Shown: positions 55,582 through 64,000 of the stretch, piece after piece | How positions within the stretch are numbered: position 1 is the first letter of the stretch | Layout: each line of letters starts with the position of its first letter | From: the human T2T-CHM13v2.0 reference genome, Homo sapiens | Assembly: GCF_009914755.1 (NCBI RefSeq) | Contig: NC_060933.1 | Reading direction: 5' to 3' (one strand) | DNA: 64,000 nucleotides | Program-made: the position numbers and the translations under genes | The notes under the pieces: generated by a model | Told to the model about the DNA's origin: nothing | The model's input: only the letters and a program-made list of their open reading frames with translations | The model's database searches: none

Positions 55582-57623
55582 CTACGTCCATAGTCATTGA
55601 TATATAAAATGTCTCAAAAAATAGGACTGTCATAAAATACAGAACCTCTTACAGAGAAGAAATTTTAAGTTGCCACTATTAAAATGGAATTTAAAATCTC
55701 AAGATTCCACATATTTAAGAACGAATATTCCTTTGTTCATCACAAAGCTGAGACAAAAACAAGACATTTAATGGCAATGTGTCTCCTCCCTGAAAGTTGA
55801 TTTTATTGCTATTTAGCATTTCCAGGAAATAATTTCTAAGAGCTAAACAATCATTTTTAATATTGACTCCTCTTCACAGCCCGCTCTGCAGCACCACCAC
55901 CTTCTTACAAACCGGGGGAAAAATGCATAAGTGGATGTTTAAATTACTTTCTTGATCAATATTGTTTCCCACCAGATTTTGGAATATTATGAAAACGAAG
56001 TGTACCCATTTTGGTCCTTGGACCTTCAATTGTTTCTTAATTTTTATGAGAAACAAAAATTTGAACAGTAATATACTTCTGCAATCCAAAGAAGAATTAA
56101 ACCAAAAGACAAATGATGAACTTTCTAGGTCCTACTATAAAACACTAGAGTTAGAAGGGTGATCATTGTTAACATACAACTCTGGTTCAAGCCCTGGTTA
56201 TGGGGCTTTCACTGGGTTATTACAGTTCTTGTTATTTACAAATGTGGAAGCTTATTACATATAAAAGCTCTTACTTCTAATAACCTTTGGGTAACTTGCA
56301 ATCTCCATTTAAAAAGCCTCTTCCTCACAATTACTGTCCATTTGAAGAGCGATTTGACCCATACTCTGTCCTTTGAGACATCACATAAAAGGACTCTCAC
56401 CTACTCAAAAATCAATCTTTTCAGTCAGATGAAATCTTAATGAAAGCTGAGATCATCTCGAGGAAAGCAAAATACTGCCAAAAGGCAAAAACAGCTTCAC
56501 ACTCTAACGGTAAACCCACAAAATTGCCAGATTAAAATTCTGCTGCTTAGTCATTATGATCCAAAGATGCATGACTTGCCTCACTAGGGCAATGGCTGTC
56601 TATAAGTAAGATATCTAGAGTTTACACCATCCTTACGGAGAGCCTTGACACTATTATTGCCAAATCTATACGTAGAGTTAGTTCCCTGCACAAGAAGATA
56701 TTTAATTATAGCTCTATAATTTTTTTTCAAAACAGAGTAATATCCCAAATATGTAAAAGATATCCTGAGAACAATTGCCCTTGCCCTTCGTCCTTTGTAT
56801 AGGTTATTCTACTGATTCAATATCAGTCATGGAATATACTAGAGAAAATAGATTCTGACTTGCTTATCTCTTCATTTTAACCCCATTTTCCTCATTCCAA
56901 ATAGTAAGGATGCATTTGAGAGATAGCTAACTATAAAGAATGAGGACAGGGACAATGGACTGCAAAGCTGGTTGATGCAGAGTCCAACTCACAAGCATGA
57001 CATGGTAGCCAATTTAGCTAAATGGACACAGGTTGAATTAACCTGACCTTTATGCTTCAATGTCCTAATTTGTACAATAGCTACCATCTGCCCAGCTGAG
57101 TCCTGAGCAGCTAACAATAGGATTTGAAGAGTTTAAGATTCGAGACAAAAATGAACCAAAATCCAGAATGAATCCTACTAATTCTACTTAAGCCCAAAAG
57201 TGAACCTCTATCCTCTGTTTAAAAGAAAAACACAGGCGTTTTCAAAAAAATACAACCAGTAAAGGCACTACAAAAACAGCACGGCTTTCTAAATATCATT
57301 AAACTGATCTTAAATTGTAATGCATGCTAAGTCCCTAGCACATCACAGGAACAGTGTAAATATAAACACAAACTAAATGAAGAAATGTGTAAGTCATCTT
57401 CATGTTATCTGGTAAATCTCATGTATGATACACTTCAATAAAATCCCAAAGGCCAGCTATTGGGAATTTAAAACAGAAAGGGTGCTTGGTAGCAGGAGGG
57501 GCATGGGTGGTAGATAATGACAGAAATAATTAAAGGTAGGGACTGAGAGGAGATTTTTTAAAGGACACCAGGTGTACGATTTAGGTTTGCCATAATGATA
57601 TACTTGAGTGAATAAAAAGTATG

Positions 57624-57942
<319 letters not shown>

Positions 57943-58289
57943 GTATGGCATAAGAATTCATGGGTCATGATCAAGAGAAAAAGTTATTTGGCTAGTTCAT
58001 GAAGTAAACATTGCATCCGGCAAAGAAGGGAGAACTCTGAATGCCTGAAAGTGTTTGAAATCTGTTCTGTAAGCAATAGGGAGCCACTGAAACCTTCAGG
58101 CAGGATGACAGAGCCAAAGCTGTCCTTTAACTGTCTCTTACAAGATTCTAACTCAAATGTGCCTAAATTCTGCAAGGTTATTTATCTGAGGAGACAGTTC
58201 ATAATATTAGTGCAAAAAGGTCGCAACAGCAAAACAGGACCCTTTATTTGATTAAATAATTTAGTTCTAACACCTGGGCAGAGAGAATT

Positions 58290-58545
58290 CCAGTATAGAT
58301 GTTACTGTGCACTCTGAAGCCAGACTGCGTGAGTTCTAATTCCAGCTCTGTCATTTACTGCATCTTTGGGCCTGTAACTTAAATCACTCTACGTGCCATT
58401 TCCTTACCTATAAAATGGCGGGGGTGGGGAGATAATTATACCACCTACATCTCAGAGTTTTGTAAGAACTCAAGTGAGTGAATCCATGTAGACTGCTGAG
58501 AACAGTGCCTGGCACAGAGAAGCAGCCTTCAAATTATGCTGACAC
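58290..58545 (+). mobile_element. MIR SINE, near full length
   Basis: actctgaagccagactgc...tccagctctgtcatttact...tataaaatgg...agaacagtgcctggcaca. Confidence 0.85.
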
Positions 58546-60139
58546 AACCACTTCTATGCCATACCCTTTGACATCTGATAAATGTTACTGTAACATTTCA
58601 TATAAAGTATCAGAATATGGATTCTGCCTTTGTAGGGGGTGTGTGTGGGAAGGGAGACGAGGGAGGAGTCAGATTTTTCTGTTCCTATCCTTCAAAACCA
58701 CAAGCTAAAAGCTATACACCTAGGTGAACACTTTCCATTTCCAATAGGCCTTGTCCATTTTTCCCTTCTCGATGGTTTAAAATGGTTCCCAGGCACACGT
58801 GTAATTAAATTCATTATCTTAAAAAACTGCTTCAGGAAATGCAGCAATCAAATCTGCCACCATCTGTTTTTTATAGATAGATATAATTACAACCTAATAG
58901 GCATCATTTAATCAAGACTTAACAATTAGGTTCTTAAATCCAAAACTTGATCATTTTCTTCCTTGATATGTGTACAAAATTTTCTCCCAGGTGGTGGTCA
59001 TGTAAAGTGAAGGATGGAAGAACTATTAAAACCCTTATCATAATGGCCTTCCTAAAGTGCTAATTATTACACAATTAAGACAGACATAATATGACTAGAA
59101 AGCCTAAGAAAATCTAATGCAATCTCACAGAAGCTTTTTAAAATTTTTTTCCATCTCTATCTCCAAACTACCTACCAAAAAACCCAAAATACAAAGGAGT
59201 ACCTCTCGCCTATGACTTCTAAACAAGCGAAGTCAGGAGTAGCACCAAACCTTCCCCTGGTTCTAACATCACCTAGTCAGATCTTTAGAGGAGAAAAGCA
59301 ATCCTATCTGTTACCTTGTTTCCCATCCCGCATTTTAAGAGATAAGAAACCCAGGACCTGAAAAGTGAGTATTTTCCTAAGGCACTCAGGGTGAAACCTG
59401 GACTAGAACCTAGATGTCCCTCCATAAAAAACAAGATTTTGTACTCTTACTCCACCCCACCACGTGAGTGGGGAAAAGCAGAGTTTTGAGGGCCTACAAT
59501 CCTCAAGTCTGATCACTGGGTCTCTCACATCTAATTACAATATCCAGCCCCATTTCCAACTTAATAAGATTAATTCTTTGTCACTGATGCTCAATAGTAA
59601 CTCTTGCTACTCCCAGCAGCCAACACCCTAGTTTGAAAGACATGCAGGTCACCAGTGCATCTTCTATTGAGAGCCCCTAATTGCCTTACCACACCCAAGG
59701 TGCTTCCTGCTAGACTAAGCTTCTTTAAAGACCTAACACACCAAATAAGAGACCACAGTTGGGCAAGAAATCTATTAAGAATTAGAAAACCCTGAAAGGG
59801 CTCTATTTACCACTGAAAAGAAAAATCTTAAGCCCTTTGTAGTTTCCCATTCTCTTTCCTTTCCCAAAAGCTTTAAGAGGTCTCCCAGCAAACCTAAACC
59901 AAGCCCTCACTTTTAAACACAGCTGTCCAAGGACTCTGTGGGTGGGTGCAGGGGACAGACCTAATCTTTCCCTATGCAAGATTTGAAGAGTATTAGAGAA
60001 ACAAAGCATTAAAGAAACAAAAGCCTTAAAGTCCAATATTTCTCCTAAAATAACCTCATTAAGGCAAGTTTTCTTTGGTCTTCCAAAGAATCCCAATTCA
60101 AAAATGAGAAAAGAAAGTAGCTAATAATGAGGGCTTCAC

Positions 60140-60255
60140 CATAAAGCATCACAATCAACCTTTCATTATTCCCATTCTGTAGGTCAGACATCGAAGGCTT
60201 GGATAGGTGGAGTGACTTTGAATAGGGACCCCAAATTCTGAACTGGAGGTGTAAC
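60140..60255 (-). mobile_element. MIR remnant
   Basis: attattcccattctgtagg...gaaggcttggataggtggagtgactttg. Confidence 0.5.
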
Positions 60256-62586
60256 AATCAAGTCCTAAAACAGTAGAGTTCCTATTCCTCTTCTCAGCTT
60301 ATTTTAACACCAAATGTGTAACCCAGGGTATCTGCTCATGCAGGGGCCTAAGTGCACCCTTCACAACCCGGGATGGTAGTGCCCAAGAGCAGCTCTACTA
60401 AGCCAGAATGAGCAAATGGCACCATGCTTACATGAGGAGAAGGACCTCACAAGCTGCAGAACATGTCCAGCCTAGCCCCCTTCCCTCTTATTCAAGGATG
60501 AAGTGAAATGCACTACAGCCCTATATGCTTAAGATATCAGATGGAAATTTTAAGAATTCTTTCAAAGAACATAGGTCATTATCCCCAACTTTGGAAAACT
60601 ACTTCAGATTACTTGGTTTTGGGGAGTAGAGAATCAGTATAGAATGCTTCTCAAGCAAATGAATCTACAAAATTAGAAAATTTGACTTACTTAAAATAAC
60701 TTACAGTAAAAGTTTAAAACTAAACTTTAAATTTAGTTTGGGAAAACAGATGACGTATGAAATTTTTTATTCAAATACGAATTTAGATCTATCTTCATCT
60801 GATACGGGTGCCTTCAAGGGCAATGAGCCGCTTTTTAAATCTCCTCAGAGGATCCTATTCACATTAAACAGAAGCCACAGGAAAACTGGCATTAACATTT
60901 CCTTCCTGCTTGTTGGAAAGCAAGGCACCTTATTTGAGGGCTTTCCAGATCAAGAACACATTTTATACCAATAAACTTTACAGCTGGGCCCAGCAGAGAT
61001 CTACAAATTAAGGCTAATTGTGAACTGTACAGCAACTGTCCTTCGTCTTCCATTTTTATATTTTATTTCAATTTGGAGCTACCTAACAGACACAGAAGCC
61101 CTCCAGACTATTTCTCAAAACTTTCTGTTTGGAAGTAGGTACACGCACCCAGGAATACTGAAGTATGAAATAAATATTAAGAGCCTAGAACAAAATACAA
61201 AAACATTACTGGAAATAGGCTCAATATGTTTTAAAATAACATTTAAAACTTAACTGCTGCTTTATTTCTTTTAAACTCAAAGAAATTTTCTCAGGTAGAA
61301 GATTTTTTAAAGCTACAAGGGATTTCAAAATGAAAAACTAATATTTCTTCTCTTGAATGTTGTGCTTGAAAGGAAAAGTTATACTGTCATTCATTCAATA
61401 AATATTAAGCTCTACGTACAGGAGCTACTGGAATATAAAGTGTGTCTTTGCCTTCAAGGGCTACTCAGTTTTCAGACAAGTAAATTTCTTGCAAGCAGAA
61501 ATCCCAGAGTATCAATGATCTCACCAACAGAAGTGTCCTAGCTAAGGGACTTTAGTTTTAAACAGAAATCAACATCATTAAGAATGCTAGATGTCACTGT
61601 TACTGACATTTCTTGATCCAGTTAGGGTGTATAAAGGTCAACATCTGACAACAGAATGTTCACGCATTAGTTATCCAAACTAAAATGCAGAAAATGTCTA
61701 AATCAGCACATTTGAAACTAGAAAGAAATTAATTCTATTACAATATTAAATGTGGAATCATACACAGAAAAATAAATGGGCACCCTTCACTACCAACACC
61801 CCATTTTGCATTTTAAAGGGGGAAGGGACTCCCACAGAGTTTTCTTCTAACAAGCGCTGCAAATAGGAATTGACAGGTGGAGCCCTGATTGACAATGGTG
61901 GTTTTAGATGACACCTCACCTCCCTCCTCCTTACCCACCTAATCTCACGACTAATGCGGGAAGCTGAAATAAATACAGTGGAAGATTGTTTATCTGTTTC
62001 GTTTTGTTTTTTTAAGTGCAGATGTGTTCCACAATTGAAGAAAGAGGTTAAGATTCTATACACATCCTGGGTACCATTTAGTCAATGTCTACTTGAGCAA
62101 CAAACTAGGACAATGAAACCAATACAGGAAGAAGAAAATGCATGGAGCAGGTGAACTACTCCGAGGTGCATTTTTAGCTCATGTGACCTTCCAACGTGCT
62201 CCAAGTATGTTGTATGTAGATGTGTGGGCATGTATTTATAGAAAGGGTCAAGAGCGCTATAAAAAATACATTAATAATGTTAGTGCTACAAGGGACTTCC
62301 AAACGCTAGCCCACAGCCTCAATTTTTAGACAGAGAAAGCAAGCCCCAAGACTTGGCCAAACTTTCTAGTGATAGAATTTGCTAGTGATAGAATCTGGTC
62401 ATAGCATTCAAGTTTTCAACTCCTGAAGACAATCTTACCTCCAAAGTACTCCAATTCCACAGCTTTATTCTTAAATTTACCCCTCCCCTAGAAAGATGAC
62501 TGCCCACTCCTCCCTACAATACAGATTCCAAGTTTTAAGACTCAGATGGGCCTAGCCCTGCCTTCCAAGAATCCATTAGGCTAATC

Positions 62587-63019
62587 CAGTGGTTCTCAAA
62601 GCATAGCCTGGGAACCTAAGAGTCCTCTGAGACTTCCTCATACATCCGGGAAGTCAAGAGAATGCCTTTTCCTCTCATAAATGTACAGTAGAGCTTTCTA
62701 AAGGTTATATGTGACACTTGCTTCTGCATTCAGTCTGTTGCAATGAGAATACAGTTGACTAGATCTATTAAGCCAGACGTTAAAGAAATGTAAAATGTAA
62801 AACTATGCCAGCCTTACTTTTTAAAAATATACATATTCCTCACTTTAAAAATATTTTTTAATATGTAATGGGTTTGCTATTTAAACAGGTTTTTAAACTT
62901 TCTCATCTTAATTTCTTATACAGTAAATATTTATACACATAACAAACAAAAGGTCCTGGGGTCCTCAATAATTTAAGTGTACAAAGGGATCCTCTGATCA
63001 AGAACTTTGAGAATTACTG
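62587..63019. mobile_element. hAT-Charlie element (Charlie4a-like)
   Basis: TIRs CAGTGGTTCTCAAAG / CTTTGAGAATTACTG, 8-bp flanks GGCTAATC/GTCTAATT (6 of 8 match). Confidence 0.8.
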
Positions 63020-64000
63020 GTCTAATTCACTGCTACATAAGCATGCCTTTATGGTGAATCCCTTTAGCCCATATAGATAAACCTTAGAACAGCTTCCAAC
63101 TACTCTCCTTACCTTCAAAGGGATGTTCCTCCAGCTCTGGGACTATGTAAACTACTTCTCATGCCCAGTACTACCCTGATTTATAAGAAAAAAACGTGAA
63201 TCATCTCAACTGCCTTTAATGTAAAATTTTTACATAAACATTGTCGGGGAAACATGAATATAACTGTATATTCTGGTTCTCAGAAAAGATGCTTTATAAA
63301 GCATAACAAGCTATTACATGTTTCATGTTGCATACTTACACTGGTTTAGAAAAATGCTTGAGTATCTTATGAGTCTCTCCTACACAATACAAAGCATGCC
63401 AGAAGCAGTTTTTCACTTTCATTTGGGGGTTTACACCCTAGTCAGGAAGCCATGCATGCTCCATCTTCCTCTCAAAGCCCTGGTGCGTTCCTCCTCAAGG
63501 CCCCTTTAGCCACATCAGCCCATGTCTTTTGCTTCAGTTTTCCTCACACTAAGCCATCCTGTAAAATTGTCCCAAGGCTGGCTCTCTCAAACAAAATAAG
63601 AGAAATGTTCCTGTATGGATTTCAGTGTCCTCTAGAAACCCACCCATGTTCCAATAATCAAAACTTTTTCCTTACATGCTAGGAGTACACCACACTTAAT
63701 CCTCTTCTCCTGGGGGGTTGCGGGTGGGGTGGGGGGACAAGTCCCCCTATCTGTATAAAAGAGCTTCACAAGTGCTACTACATCTACCTGGTTTCAGGAA
63801 CCTTTTCCCAATGTTTGCAGCAGACCTCACCAAACTCCCATAAACTCACGTTTTCTTCCTCTGGACTGTCAACCAGACTTGGAGAACTTGAGAGTGGCAT
63901 CCACATCCTAGTGTTTCTGAGCACCCAACGACCATGCACAACGCTCAGCTCAAGGCAGGCACTGAATGCTAACAAACAGCTCATATGTAGGAAAAGTGCA

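Overview
AT-rich, repeat-rich primate DNA (AluY present, most likely human) lying inside the neuronal/germ-cell RNA-binding protein gene ELAVL2 (HuB; 9p21.3 from recall), which is transcribed on the minus strand. The one unambiguous coding exon is 22025-22268, carrying the main ATG ([17 protein letters not shown]...) and the first half of RRM1. About 2.8 kb upstream is a 91-nt exon (25028-25118) that the ORF track misses; it encodes MAVRLCDVASLLRSGSWAAEPWTG and splices in frame to give a 29-aa N-terminal extension. Further upstream are a candidate internal promoter and first exon (overlapping TATA/MEF2 box plus GC box, about 39248-39481) and a candidate 82-nt exon (43456-43537) whose ATG is also in frame with the main exon. 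The rest is intron: 14 Alu copies (including a nested AluY-in-AluJ), four solo LTRs, L1/L2/MIR remnants, Tigger- and hAT-derived DNA elements and simple repeats. I see no evidence of a wholly new genetic system. The best leads are the layered 5' architecture of ELAVL2 (parts probably already annotated) and two apparent templated-insertion repair scars. Repeat subfamily names come from remembered consensus sequences and need RepeatMasker/Dfam confirmation.
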